The position numbers and the translations under genes are program-made. Below are positions 27,310 to 39,300 of a stretch of 64,000 bases of DNA, piece by piece (the stretch's first letter is position 1; the number at the start of each line of letters is the position of its first letter). The stretch is from sequence record NC_042056.1. The stretch is one strand, 5' to 3'. The notes beneath the pieces were generated by a model that was not told the origin of the DNA, did not search any database, and worked only from the letters and a program-made list of their open reading frames with translations.

Positions 27310-30300
27310 TTAGCCCGTCTTACGTGAGACGTTCAGACTTGGGGCTGGTTGTGGGTATGTCTGCGTTGACTTCGGTGCAGGGCCACTCGGTGGACTGGAT
27401 GGCCCCATCGGTGCACCCGACTGCATCAGTTTCCGCATGTCCTCCAGAATCGCTTTGATATCCTTCGTGACTTGCAGTTGCTGATCCGCAACCGTGGCGT
27501 TCGAGAACCCACCAGCGGCTGGAGACATATCTGAAGACAGTGGTGCTTGACCTCCGCCTCCAGTCTGTGCAGCGCGTTGTGCCGCGCCTGCTTTGACCTT
27601 CTCCACATCCTTCGGAGAGAGACCATCCGCAGCCGCTTGTTTCGCAACCTCGTCGGCAACGTTTGACATATCGGAACTGCCTGACGCCGTACCACCCGGC
27701 AGTGCGGGGCCGCTCGACATAGTGGCGACTGCATTGTCTGCGGCCATTGCCCCTTTTGTCTCCATTGCCCCGTCTCGGCGGTTTTCGTTATCGGCGGGCA
27801 GGTTTTGGCCTGCACCGGCCGCAGTACCTTCCATGGACGGGTCGTTTGCAGCAGCACCCGAGGAAACCGCAGGACTTGATGACGTTGGCGCGCCCGGAGA
27901 CAACCCATTAATAGCTTGTTTTGTCTTCGACGGATCAGCCGTCATTTCGTTCGCAGTTACCGCACCCATACGGCCATTCAATTCACGAATGACCTCATCC
28001 AACGTACGAAGTCTTCCTTGTTTGGTGTAGAACACACTCTGGTTCCCTGCCAACACTTTGCGGGTAACCGGCGGTGCCGCAGTGGCTGGCGCGTTCGGGT
28101 TCTTCGCCCATGCTTGCATGAACTGACGCCCACCACCCGGACCTAAGAAGTGGTAGAGGTATGCCACCGCAGGCGGTGGTGCCTTACCACCCAAGTCTTT
28201 CTGGGCTTTCATGATGTTATCACGAATGAACTGCACACCCAGAATGGTGTTCGCGTGTGGGTCGAATTGCCCCCCTGAACTGGCCATCAGCTGTCCAGGA
28301 ATACCAAACTGTCGTCCATATTGCCCCAGTTGTGAATCCCAAGTGGAGTTAATGAACTGGAAGAGACCAGCGGCAGACGCATACGGGTTTTTCGCCTTGT
28401 AGTTAAACTTCGACTCGGCGTACGCCATCCCCAATGCCACACTCGGTGGTACCCCCATGGAACGCGCAACATCGGATATCATCTGTTTGATGCGCTCCTC
28501 ACTGTTCAGTGAGCCAACCGGGTACTTCTCTGCCAACTGCTTATAACTACCCGGTTCCACATCCCCGAGCTTGATACCGACACTGCCCGTGGAAATAGCC
28601 GCATAGTTCTTCGCACCCCCCATCGCATCCACAGCTTGATTGATGTCCGTTGGTGTACCGGTGAAAGTACCGCCCCCGAACCCACCTGCTGCTTTTGCGG
28701 CCTTCTGGTCTTCTGCCGTAAAGAACGTCGACTCACCGTCGTCCTTGGTCTGGTAGAAGCTCGTGTTGGTGTTCTTGTCTGCCCACTTCGCACGTTTGCC
28801 CATCGGCTTTTTGTCGTTGAGTAAGTTGCGCACCGCAAGGTCAGCCTCTTTCGAGAGCACCTTCAAGGTTTCCAGTTCTTTCGAGACCGAACCGGGGTCC
28901 ATGTTCGGGTCTTGACCAAACGGGTTAATCGCCACTTCCCAGACTGACTGTCGGATATCCGCTTTCATGTTGTAAGCACGGCTGGTCAGTAAGCCCAGCT
29001 CAAACAGATAACCCCCGGTCAGTTTCACATTCAACGGATCACCCGTTGGCACGAACCGATGGTAACCACAGACGTAGAACATAAAGGTCGGCAGGAAACG
29101 ACTGGTGAACCACAGACGCAACTTCTCAGACCGGTTCGGGTCTTTCCACCCTTGCGGTTCGATAACGTCCATCGCTTCTGTCCATTTCCCTTTGTACGAT
29201 GCGTTCTTGATGTCGATGTTCGGCAACACGAAGCGTTCCAGCATTTTCAGCTGACCTACAATCGCAGGGTCGAGTTCCTTCAAACCGTACGTTTTGAAAC
29301 GAATCGATTCAAGGGCATCCACATCTTTCTGATTCAAGACCGCGAACTGATCGACCTGAATCTGAATTTGCTCCGTACCGTCCTCCCACCCGTTTGGACG
29401 TGGGGCGTTCTCGCGGGTTTCTTTGTCAGTGGCGGCAAGTGCGCTGAAGGCTTCTTTCACACCGGACTCTTCAATGCCTCGGGCTTCCAGTGCGCCTTTG
29501 TTGAACTTCCGGTTCTTCTTGTCTTCCATACGGCGGTTAATGCCACGGAGCACGTCTTCCTGCACGTCCATGACATCATCGGCGTCGAGTAAGTCAGGCG
29601 AGGTGAAGGTCACCGCGTCCTTAAACTTCTGCCACAAACTCCGGTCAACATTCCGAGGGTCAGTCAGCGCACGCAGATGTGGGGCATCTTTGGTGAGCTG
29701 GACTTTGTTGAAGATAGACTTCATCTCGGACTTGCTGACTTTGTTTGCGTTCCCGACATCCGCTAACTGGATATCACGCTCTTGGGCATAGAGCGCAGAC
29801 AACCAACGCAGATAAATCGGAATGAAACGCTGGAGCATCATCGCTTGGAAGGCGAGCATCCCGGACTTGTCATCCTCGGCCACACCAAACCCAACGGCTA
29901 ACTCCTGCACTTCTTTCGCGCCTAAACCACGACAAGTGGCTTGTCCCGTTTCATTGAAGCTCACGTACTGCTTCAACTGTTTCTCGAGGTAGCGGGCTTT
30001 AGCACCGTCGTCCGACGACCACTTATCGTAGTCTTGGAAACCGTACTGTGCCAGACGTAAAGTATCGAGGTATTCGGTGTAAGTCGTGGTCGCAATCTTA
30101 AAGGCAGCCCATGTCAGGCCAACCACTGCACCCACGGCCAGAATCACCGGCCAACCGACCGCGGTGACTACCGCACCCGCCGCTGTCGCAACTGGCATGA
30201 TAAGCCCACGCATCGCGGCACCCCCGAGCATACGTGCACCCCCGCTCGCCAACCACCATGCACCTTGGCCTAACAGTTTTGCCGGTTTCAGGATGCCCCA

Positions 30301-33300
30301 TTTTGCAATGGTTCCCATGACTGACGCAACCGTACCCAAAATGCTCACCAATGGCCCAATGACCGGGATGGACTTGAACATGTCCATAATCCCTTTGGCC
30401 TTTCCACCGGAACGACCACCAGAGCCCGCAGAGGCCCCTTCGTGGTCAGCACGCTTACGGCGGAAGAATTGGAGGTAGTCGCGTTTTTCACCCCCCTCTT
30501 TGAACTTCATACGTCGCGAGAACTTGGCATACATGCCGCGGATGAACCCTTCCTGAGCACCGTTCTCTTCCAACGACGAACGCATGGTGTTAAACCAGCT
30601 CACTTCTTGCAGGTTCACCATCCGGTTCATACGGTCTAAGAGTTTCGACCCGATAGACTGGGCTTTCCCTTTGGCCGCATTGATCGCTTCTGAACCGGCT
30701 TCACCGGCTGCGGTGATATCGTCGTGGATCGCATCTTTGAACTTGTTCCGGCTGAACTTGCCTTTACGGTGAAGTCGACTGCGATAGAAATCGGCGGTCT
30801 CATCATCACGGCCCGCTAAGCGGCGTTCCACATCGTAGCGTGTACCGATGTCAAATTCAGACTCGCGCATGGAATCGCTGAAGTTGTTAAAGCGGTCACG
30901 AACACCACCTGCCCAACCCATGAGGCCGTCACGTTTGCCCCGGAACCAATCGGACACACCGGCACGGCCGTTACGGAAACGACGACCCCAACGACGGTTC
31001 AGACGGGCTCTTACCCCACGACCAAAACGCTGCGCGGATTTGAATGCATCCTTCACACCCTTTCCACCCCCGGCACCCTTTTCCATTTCCTCAGTCCAAC
31101 CTTCATCCTCTGGTTCCCCCGGCATACGGCGGTTCAGGAGTTTGTAGATACGGATAAGGATGTGGTTGGTTTTCTTGCCGGTGGTGTTCAGGCCACCGAA
31201 CAGGGAGTTGTTGCTGAAGAAGTCGCCTCCTCCTTTCCCTTTAAACCAGTTGGCAATCGGGTTGTTGGTTGCCAGATGCTTGAGTCGCCCGGCCCCTTTA
31301 CGGAGCATATCCGGGATACCCATCACAAGGTCTTTGCCGCGAGACAACAGACTACCTACCCGACCGATGATACGCTGAAGCGGTGACTTGATATCACGTC
31401 CCCATTTGTCCACCAGTTTGAAGTCCGGGTTCTGCATCTCTTGTGCGGTAATAATGTCGTTACCGGCATCGTCCACGATTGGCCCGGTGATGTCCTTCAC
31501 AGAGAAGACCGGGGTCTTCGTGGCTTTGAGCAGGTACTTGCCTTGTCGCATCAGCATAGACGTCATACGCGGGAAGGTTTCCCCTTTCACGTAGATATCC
31601 GGTGCCGTGGTGAACCACTCTTTGATGCTCTTGGCTTTCGGGGATAAGCGGTCGAGTACCTTCTTCGGTGCCTCGATGACTTTCCGCAGGAAGCTGCCGG
31701 ATTTGTGGGATATCGCTTTGAACAACGACTGGAGTTTCCCGCCTTTGTAGTAACTGAGTTTACCCGCTGCCGCTAAATCAGCCGCAGAGAGAATCACGTT
31801 ACCGGCGTTGTCAAGGATGTCCATCCCCAACTGAATCTCATCCAACGTCTTCGGATTGTGAAGGTGGTTGCCGTCTTCGCTCAGCTGCCAGTATTCCCCA
31901 GCTTCTAAACGTTTCCCTTGCAAGACCACTTTGCCCCGCTCGTCGTACACATCACGTACGCCAAGCAAACCCTTCCCGAATTCCAGCGCGGAACCAAAGG
32001 CACCCGAGATGCTACCGGACGCTAAGCCTTTGAGTTTGGAGAAGATACCCGGACCGTCGCCCGCGGAAAACTTGCCCCTTGCCCAACTGCCGAACTTCCC
32101 TAAGCGGTCTTTGGCACCCAAGACACCGCGCTTGGCCAGATTGAACCCGCTGCCAGCCGTATCGAACAGAATACCGCCCCAGCGACGCAGCAATCCTGAC
32201 TCACCGAGTATGATACGTCGACGACGTGGACCACCCCCGCGTGGGGCCGGGCCATCACCATCACCACCGCCAGTACCGGCACCGTCAGGACCACTACCAC
32301 CTTCCAATGATGCTAATAGCACACCCTCTTCATCCATGTTCTTCACATGTTTGAGGATTTCCTGGACGTAGGTGGTTACGTTCGTTGCACGGATAGCCTC
32401 TATAAGCCTGTCAGTCTCTCCTGACGCGTTTTTACGGTCTTGACCACCTAACAGGTCGACTAAGTTCGTCTCGGTCTCTCCGTAGAGCACACGCGCCATT
32501 TGACGGGCTGTAATGCCACCACCGTAACGTCCCTTACCTCCAGCCACATCATTCAATGCGGAACCGGCTGATAAGGTGTCTTCGATCCCAGCATCTTCCC
32601 CGAACTTACGACGGATGTAATCCGCAGTAGCAGAACCGTTTTGCAATTTGCGTTGCAGTTCTTGCTCGCGGGTCAATGCACGGCCGGTACGGGTCTTACC
32701 CATGCGGGTGTCATTGAACATCGTGTACGGGTCAACGAAATCTTTATCTGCGGCAAAGACGTTGTTCTTCTTGTCGTAGTTAAAGATACCGGCGTCACGG
32801 AGGATACGTTCCCCGTAAATGGTCGCGGCTTGGTCAACAGCTTCCTGACGGCGTTTGTAATGCACCTGCACCGACGAGATACGATCGTGCAACTCGTTTG
32901 ACAGGCCCCAGTTCTCACCCGCAGTTCCGGCTGCCACATGTTTCAGGGCATCGACAACCTTACGGGCTGTGTTACCGCCCATGTAACGGAAGAGTTGGGT
33001 TTGGTCTTTGATGATGGCATCGACGTCCATGGACTTGCCGGTCGCAGCACGCGACTCGATATAGTCCGCCAGTTGTTGACGCTCTTTCGGTTCAAGCGTT
33101 TTCTTCTGGTCGATGTAATCAACGACACCGTTAATAGACTCCTGCGTCTTCTGACGCCCTTTATCATCCGCCAGTCCTTTACGGACACGGTCAGCTAAAT
33201 CGCGGCGACTGGTGATGCCGCGGGTTGTCATGTCGTATTCAACGTCAGCGTGTTCGCCGTAACCACGACGAATCGATTTGTTGATTTCAGACAGCAACGC

Positions 33301-34701
33301 AGGAAGTGATTCGACCACGGTGAGATAGAACTTGCGGTCAAACTTCGCCGCACGGTTTAGGTTCTCGACGTTACGCTCATCGAGGAACACGTTCTCCCGT
33401 TTCATGGGATCGACGATACCGAGGGTGTTTCCCATGCGGAACAGGTTAGCTAAGAACCCTTCGCTTTCTCCCGCAATCGCGGAGTTGGAAATTGTCCCGT
33501 CGGTGGCACCACGCGCAAGGAACTTTGCACGCTCAATCGCGGACATCGCCTGCGGGTTATCTTCTAACCACGCCTTGGATTTCCCTTGGCCTTTTTCAAC
33601 CAGTGGCCCCAACAGCTTCTTGGCAAGAAACTTGGTGGCCCAACCGGTGGCTTTGTCTCGACCGTTCTTCTTACGGGCATCCGGTGACAGGGAGGAACTG
33701 TCTTCCATCCCAAAGTCATCTTCAACGCCCATCCCCATTATTGTCTCAAGAATCCCACGACCATCAGAGAAGGCACCCGAGATTTTCTTCGTGGCTTTCT
33801 GACGAATGGAGTCCATGAACCCTTCGGCGTATTTCAGGGGGTTCATCCACTCAGCTGCTTGACGACGAACGTGTGCCCAGCGAACTTCTGAGAAGTCCTC
33901 TTTGGCATAGTCCGGCAACGCGGTGTTTTTGACGATGGCTTCCAGTGCCGGGGTGTTACGGTCAAACTCGGTCTGTTTGAGTTTGGATAAATCTTGCAAC
34001 GCAAACAAGGTACGGTAACCCAGTTCGAGTTGCTTACGTTCAACGTTGAGCAACACCCCACGGGTTAAGGCTGCTGTGGAGTTCGTGTCACGGGCAATAC
34101 TCAGTACGGCATTGAGCATCGCATCGGACTTCATGTCCTTCACGCCATCACGAATACGATTTTCGGTGGCTTGTTGCTGCGCATCGCGTTGTTCTTGCGC
34201 GCTCATCGGGGCTTCACTGCCCCCACCACCCTGACCGTTAAAGACTTCCGCCATCATGCGGTCTAAGCCAGCCTGTTCAGGATCGTATTTACCGCCCTGA
34301 ATCTCGTCACTGCGCGCCCATTTATCTACACGACGCGTAATCGCATCGGGTAAATATTTTTTCATTGTTGGGCCAAGCTGACGGGCTTGGTTCTTAATTA
34401 CACGCTCTGTCTTGACCAGCTCGTCTTTGGTATGAGCGTAAACATCTTTTGCGACCGATTTGGCGTCTTGGTAGCCCTTGTACGCATCGGTGGCAGAATC
34501 AGGCATACCCTTTAAAATGACCTGGTCGCGTTTGCCTTCTGGCCAAATTGCTGACAGCGCGGAACGCTTAATCGTGCGACCGGTCTCCATGATTGGGTTA
34601 CGTTTTTTGTCTTTGTTCCGAGGCGGCTCGTCAAAGTCATTCCAATCAAGATCAAGGTTGTCGAAGTTAAAATCATCGACACCATTTTTCTTTTTTGCCA
34701 T
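27310..34701 (-). CDS. Tail tape measure protein with C-terminal lytic transglycosylase domain (phiKZ gp181-like)
   Basis: ~2463 aa, helical, with a TM-like segment. SLT motifs AYAESKFN, SAAGLFQFI..TW, DPHAN, YLYHFLGPGG. GGAAG RBS supports ATG34701. Confidence 0.9.
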   Translation of the reverse strand: MAKKKNGVDDFNFDNLDLDWNDFDEPPRNKDKKRNPIMETGRTIKRSALSAIWPEGKRDQVILKGMPDSATDAYKGYQDAKSVAKDVYAHTKDELVKTERVIKNQARQLGPTMKKYLPDAITRRVDKWARSDEIQGGKYDPEQAGLDRMMAEVFNGQGGGGSEAPMSAQEQRDAQQQATENRIRDGVKDMKSDAMLNAVLSIARDTNSTAALTRGVLLNVERKQLELGYRTLFALQDLSKLKQTEFDRNTPALEAIVKNTALPDYAKEDFSEVRWAHVRRQAAEWMNPLKYAEGFMDSIRQKATKKISGAFSDGRGILETIMGMGVEDDFGMEDSSSLSPDARKKNGRDKATGWATKFLAKKLLGPLVEKGQGKSKAWLEDNPQAMSAIERAKFLARGATDGTISNSAIAGESEGFLANLFRMGNTLGIVDPMKRENVFLDERNVENLNRAAKFDRKFYLTVVESLPALLSEINKSIRRGYGEHADVEYDMTTRGITSRRDLADRVRKGLADDKGRQKTQESINGVVDYIDQKKTLEPKERQQLADYIESRAATGKSMDVDAIIKDQTQLFRYMGGNTARKVVDALKHVAAGTAGENWGLSNELHDRISSVQVHYKRRQEAVDQAATIYGERILRDAGIFNYDKKNNVFAADKDFVDPYTMFNDTRMGKTRTGRALTREQELQRKLQNGSATADYIRRKFGEDAGIEDTLSAGSALNDVAGGKGRYGGGITARQMARVLYGETETNLVDLLGGQDRKNASGETDRLIEAIRATNVTTYVQEILKHVKNMDEEGVLLASLEGGSGPDGAGTGGGDGDGPAPRGGGPRRRRIILGESGLLRRWGGILFDTAGSGFNLAKRGVLGAKDRLGKFGSWARGKFSAGDGPGIFSKLKGLASGSISGAFGSALEFGKGLLGVRDVYDERGKVVLQGKRLEAGEYWQLSEDGNHLHNPKTLDEIQLGMDILDNAGNVILSAADLAAAGKLSYYKGGKLQSLFKAISHKSGSFLRKVIEAPKKVLDRLSPKAKSIKEWFTTAPDIYVKGETFPRMTSMLMRQGKYLLKATKTPVFSVKDITGPIVDDAGNDIITAQEMQNPDFKLVDKWGRDIKSPLQRIIGRVGSLLSRGKDLVMGIPDMLRKGAGRLKHLATNNPIANWFKGKGGGDFFSNNSLFGGLNTTGKKTNHILIRIYKLLNRRMPGEPEDEGWTEEMEKGAGGGKGVKDAFKSAQRFGRGVRARLNRRWGRRFRNGRAGVSDWFRGKRDGLMGWAGGVRDRFNNFSDSMRESEFDIGTRYDVERRLAGRDDETADFYRSRLHRKGKFSRNKFKDAIHDDITAAGEAGSEAINAAKGKAQSIGSKLLDRMNRMVNLQEVSWFNTMRSSLEENGAQEGFIRGMYAKFSRRMKFKEGGEKRDYLQFFRRKRADHEGASAGSGGRSGGKAKGIMDMFKSIPVIGPLVSILGTVASVMGTIAKWGILKPAKLLGQGAWWLASGGARMLGGAAMRGLIMPVATAAGAVVTAVGWPVILAVGAVVGLTWAAFKIATTTYTEYLDTLRLAQYGFQDYDKWSSDDGAKARYLEKQLKQYVSFNETGQATCRGLGAKEVQELAVGFGVAEDDKSGMLAFQAMMLQRFIPIYLRWLSALYAQERDIQLADVGNANKVSKSEMKSIFNKVQLTKDAPHLRALTDPRNVDRSLWQKFKDAVTFTSPDLLDADDVMDVQEDVLRGINRRMEDKKNRKFNKGALEARGIEESGVKEAFSALAATDKETRENAPRPNGWEDGTEQIQIQVDQFAVLNQKDVDALESIRFKTYGLKELDPAIVGQLKMLERFVLPNIDIKNASYKGKWTEAMDVIEPQGWKDPNRSEKLRLWFTSRFLPTFMFYVCGYHRFVPTGDPLNVKLTGGYLFELGLLTSRAYNMKADIRQSVWEVAINPFGQDPNMDPGSVSKELETLKVLSKEADLAVRNLLNDKKPMGKRAKWADKNTNTSFYQTKDDGESTFFTAEDQKAAKAAGGFGGGTFTGTPTDINQAVDAMGGAKNYAAISTGSVGIKLGDVEPGSYKQLAEKYPVGSLNSEERIKQMISDVARSMGVPPSVALGMAYAESKFNYKAKNPYASAAGLFQFINSTWDSQLGQYGRQFGIPGQLMASSGGQFDPHANTILGVQFIRDNIMKAQKDLGGKAPPPAVAYLYHFLGPGGGRQFMQAWAKNPNAPATAAPPVTRKVLAGNQSVFYTKQGRLRTLDEVIRELNGRMGAVTANEMTADPSKTKQAINGLSPGAPTSSSPAVSSGAAANDPSMEGTAAGAGQNLPADNENRRDGAMETKGAMAADNAVATMSSGPALPGGTASGSSDMSNVADEVAKQAAADGLSPKDVEKVKAGAAQRAAQTGGGGQAPLSSDMSPAAGGFSNATVADQQLQVTKDIKAILEDMRKLMQSGAPMGPSSPPSGPAPKSTQTYPQPAPSLNVSRKTG

Positions 34702-34730
34702 TGTATTTACTTCCAATTCAGGAGCTTAAC

Positions 34731-36344
34731 GTGAAGAAGCTAAACTGGGTTGACATTTACTTGTTAAACGTCAACAAGTCCCTGGTGTCTCAGCTAAGAC
34801 AAATTACTACTACCGACACGTTCCAGGGCATGACGAAAAACTTCCACCCGGAAGGACTTTACTCAACCGAAATCTTCGGCCTGACAGGTAGCGAGCAACG
34901 TGACGCAAGCTGGGCATACATCGATGTTAAATTAGACATCATTTCTCCAACGGTTTGCTTAGGGCTGTTTGGCCTAAAGAAACTTTATGAGGACATTTGC
35001 GCAGGCAAACGCTTTGCGGTGTGGAATGAGAAAGAAAAAGATTTTGAACCGGCCCTGCCCAGTGATAAAGGCGCAGACACCGGTTATAATTTCTTCTTGT
35101 CCCATTATAAGGAACTGGCCCCCGCCCGTAACGATTCGTTACGCCGTGATGACTCACTCGACTTCTTCTTCAAATTCCGCGACGTCAGCCTCAGCCGCTA
35201 TGTGCTGGTTCTGCCCGCAGGTCTGCGTGACCTGATTGTGCGCGAAGACGGCCGTGACCAAGAAGAAGAAATTGGGGGGATGTATCGCCGACTCATTTCG
35301 TTGGCGCGTGCAGTGCCTGACCGCAACGTCCGTACCGAATTGACTGACCCGGTTCGCTGGAAACTCCAGCAAGCGTACAACGACATCTGGATGTACTTCT
35401 TTAACATCCTCGATGGGAAAGGCGGCTTTGCACGACGCAAGGTCACCTCTCGTAAGTTGCAGAACGGCACACGTAACGTGTTGTCCTCGTTCTCGACCGG
35501 GTCGAAGGTCATGGGTCGTGAAGACCAAGTGCGTGCCACAGACACCCGTATCGGTTTATACCAAGGTTTGAAATCACTCTTGCCGGTGGCGCAGTATAAC
35601 ATTCGCGAACGTTATCTGTCCCAAATCCGTGCCGGTGATGGCAACCTCTATGGTATCAACACCAAAACGCTCAAACGCGAACTCCTCGAAGTACGCGGGA
35701 AGGTCTATGACCTGTTTACCACCGATGACGGTATTGAGCGGTTGATTAACCGTTTGGAAGTTACTGAGGCGCGCCACCAACCGTTGATGATTGACAAAGA
35801 CCACTTCGTTGCGCTGATTTATCAGGACAACAAACATTTTAAAGTGTTCTTCGACATCGACGATTTGCCAGAAGCCTTCGACCGTAAAAACGTTCGGGGC
35901 ATCAGTTTAGGTGAACTGCTATACCTGTCAGGGTATGACCTCTGGAATGACTACTTCATGTTCGTGACGCGCTATCCGATTATCGGGCGCGGTTCGACGT
36001 ACTCCTCGACCATAAGATTGGAGACCACCATCTCTTCCCTCTATATTCACGAGCTGGAAGATGACTGGTTAACGCCCAAGAAGAAAGGGGCGATCTCCTT
36101 CCCCGACAACCGCGTTGCGACGTGGGTCGAATCTATGGCACCGCACCCTTCACGACTGAAAGGGTTGAACGGGGACTACGACGGCGATATGGGTTCAGGC
36201 AACGTGCCGTTCTCAATTGAAGCATTAGAGGAAAACCGTCGTTGGGTAAACTCCAAGAACTACTGGTTCACGACGGATGGCAGTTTCAAAGTGCAGCCTA
36301 TAAATGACGTGATAGAACGGTCGATTAACGCGCTGTTATTGTAA
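34731..36344 (+). CDS. Virion RNA polymerase beta' subunit, N-terminal part with catalytic loop (phiKZ gp180-like)
   Basis: GLYSTEIFG, RYPIIGRGS, NGDYDGD (NADFDGD equivalent); GGAG RBS supports GTG34731. Confidence 0.9.
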   Translation: MKKLNWVDIYLLNVNKSLVSQLRQITTTDTFQGMTKNFHPEGLYSTEIFGLTGSEQRDASWAYIDVKLDIISPTVCLGLFGLKKLYEDICAGKRFAVWNEKEKDFEPALPSDKGADTGYNFFLSHYKELAPARNDSLRRDDSLDFFFKFRDVSLSRYVLVLPAGLRDLIVREDGRDQEEEIGGMYRRLISLARAVPDRNVRTELTDPVRWKLQQAYNDIWMYFFNILDGKGGFARRKVTSRKLQNGTRNVLSSFSTGSKVMGREDQVRATDTRIGLYQGLKSLLPVAQYNIRERYLSQIRAGDGNLYGINTKTLKRELLEVRGKVYDLFTTDDGIERLINRLEVTEARHQPLMIDKDHFVALIYQDNKHFKVFFDIDDLPEAFDRKNVRGISLGELLYLSGYDLWNDYFMFVTRYPIIGRGSTYSSTIRLETTISSLYIHELEDDWLTPKKKGAISFPDNRVATWVESMAPHPSRLKGLNGDYDGDMGSGNVPFSIEALEENRRWVNSKNYWFTTDGSFKVQPINDVIERSINALLL

Positions 36345-36364
36345 CGTCTCTTTAAGGACTACCA

Positions 36365-39300
36365 ATGCTTCTCATTAAACAATTCAACCAGCGTTTCTCA
36401 GTGCGGCGCACAGATGAGTTCGGGAAACCGCGCATCATCCCGCTTGAGAAACTCCAGATCCCGCGTGGTTCTGTTTTCCACATGGTCGATCTTGACCAAG
36501 TGGTGCTGGCTCCGCCGGTGACCACACCGTATTTCCAAGAGCTGGAGAAGCCCGCTCAGATTCGTCACCATTATCGTCTGCCGGAAGATGGGATTTCGGG
36601 TAAGCCGATTCCGGTACCGGTACAAGGTCAGGAACGTCAGATTCTGGCCTACCATCGTGCGAACCGTCGCTTCCGTCGTCTGACGGATGACACCTTAGTC
36701 CGCCGCGATCCGAAAGTGCTGCTCATCGAGAACTACACCCCGATGCTGCCGCACTACCGTTATCCTGACACGTTGATGTCATGGTACGATCGCCTGCGTA
36801 ACATTCAGGTGTTAATCGCGAACCAATTTAAGTACGACACCGCGGAGTATCTGCGTCAGAACTACATCATCGTTAACCTCGGTTCCACCCTGCCGTCGTT
36901 TGATAAGTTCAAAACCACCTACAACAACCGTATCAAGAACAAACTGGAACACTTCCAGTCTATCGAGCTGCTGTGGCTGCTCGACCTGTTCGGTTGGGCG
37001 CGTGGCGACCAGAAGGACACTCTGTTTGCAGGCATGGACATGACCCAACTGTCCCGCATGAACTTCATCTTCACCCACAACAGCGGCTTCACGTCGATGA
37101 ACATGGGTGTGGTGGAGCGTATGCGTAAATCTGCCGGTGGCCGTTTAACCGATGATGTCATGTCACGTCACTTCTATCGTACTCTGATTCAAGTGATGAC
37201 CACCCAACCGTCTGACAAGTTCGAAACCGAATTTGTGACACCGGAAGGGGAAGAACAGACTGTCATGCACGATGTTGAAAACGACGACATCGTTGAAGGC
37301 TCTGATGACATCACCGATGAAGATATCGTCAATGACGAACCGGTTGTGAATGACGACGACGTGGACTTTGACACCAACGAAGACTTGGTGATTGAAGCGC
37401 CGAAAGAAGACGTCAAGCCGACCACCATCGTTGTTGAGAAAACTATTGATCACGCGGCAGTGATTAAGCAAGAAGTCGAGAAGTTGGCCGAGGCCGGACG
37501 TGTCACTGCGAAAGCATACAAGTTCCTGAACGAATCCAACCAACGCTTCAACCAATTGCCGAACCCGTACAATCCAAAAGAGACGTACGAGCAAGCGTTA
37601 ACCTATTCGGTGAAAGACATTGAAGTCAAGCCGAAGAAAACGCTGGTTAAACCCCTTGTCACAACCGAAGACTGGACGCAGTCAACTGTTGATGCCATGG
37701 ACAAGCAGTACAACAGCGTCGTGTTGCCGAAAGACATCCTGTCTGCTGTTGCGTCGTCCCAGCGTTTGGGGATGGCGATTCATGACCACAAAGTGGAGAA
37801 AGAGATTTCCGTTACCGGGAATATCGAACACCACACGCTTCGTCTTCAACCAATCGGCGGGGAGCCAGTAACGGTCCGTTTCCAGACTCCTGCATTGACC
37901 GAAGATGGAACGTGGATGGCAAATGGTACTGAGTACACCATGCGTCGTCAGCGTGTTGATTTACCGATTCGTAAAGTCGATTTCGACACGGTCGCTTTAA
38001 CCACTGCCTACGGTAAAAACTTTGTAAGGCGCAGCGATAAGGTAGCGAACGACTACGGTCGTTGGTTAACGAACGCAATTATCGTGCAGGCGGTTGACCC
38101 GAAGAACACCAACGTCACCGATGCCAAACTGGCAAACGTGTTCGACCCACTCAATACCCTACCGCGGCAATACACCATGGTGGCGCGTCGAGTATCAGGC
38201 TTCAACGCCATGGGTTATCAGTGGAACTTTGATTCGAAGAAACTCAACGAGTTCTTCGGTGAAGAGGGCGTGAAGAACCTTGAAGCGAAAGAGCTGTTGC
38301 CGGTTGCGAAAATGCGTGGGAACAAGTTCATCGGGATGGATGAAAACTCGCAAATCTATAAAGTCGACGGTGACAAAATGGAACCGCAGGGCGACCTGGC
38401 CGACTTCTTGGGTGTGGATGCTACCAAGTCTCCACGCGAGATGACCGAGCTGTCATTGATGGGCACATCGCTGACGCTGGGCTTCATTTTCTCCTATTAC
38501 CTCGGCCTTACCGGGATGCTCAAACACTTCGGGATTCGCTACGAGGTGTTGCCACCGGGTAACCGCATCGATAAAACGCTGTACGATTCTGTTATTCGTT
38601 TAGCAGACTCGAAAATTGTAGTGATTTGTGACAACGACAAACAACGGATGATTGTCAACGGTCTGGATAAGTATCTGAAACTCCTGACCACTTACACGGA
38701 ATCGGAAGTCGATCGTGAAGACATTTACCTGAACCTGATTCGGGATGCAGATGGCCTGACACCACGGTACATCAATGAGCTTCGATTAATGCGGACCGCG
38801 TTCGTCGATGACATGCACGCTCGTATCCTCAGGAAGATGGGGGAACCGGAAACCTTTATCGGGTTGTTAGAACGCGCGAACGAAATGCTGCTGACCGACT
38901 ACACGAAACCGGAAATCAACGGCGATGAAATGATGTTCGTCGGCAACCAACGTATTGCGTATCACGTCTACACGGCGATGGTGCGTGCAATGCGTAACTA
39001 TCAAAACGCACCGGGCAGTAACCGTCGCTTTGAATTGAGTCAGGATATGGTGTGGGGCGCTATTAACTCTGACCCAAGTGTGCTGCTGGCACCGGGTGCA
39101 AACCCGATTCAGTGCACCAAAGAAAAAGACGTGATTACCATGGGCGGGACGGGCGGTCGTAACCGTAAGACAATGGTGTACCATACGCGTGAGTTCCAGG
39201 AATCTGACCTGGGTATCGTGTCGGGTAACACGGTCGATAACGGGGACGTAGGTATTACTGCCTTCCTGACCAACAACCCACGTTTTGATACGGTTGACGG

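Noticed and set aside
36344-36365. Homing endonuclease or intron between or within the vRNAP genes, as in some relatives
   Set aside because: The gap is only 20 nt and both RNAP ORFs are uninterrupted.
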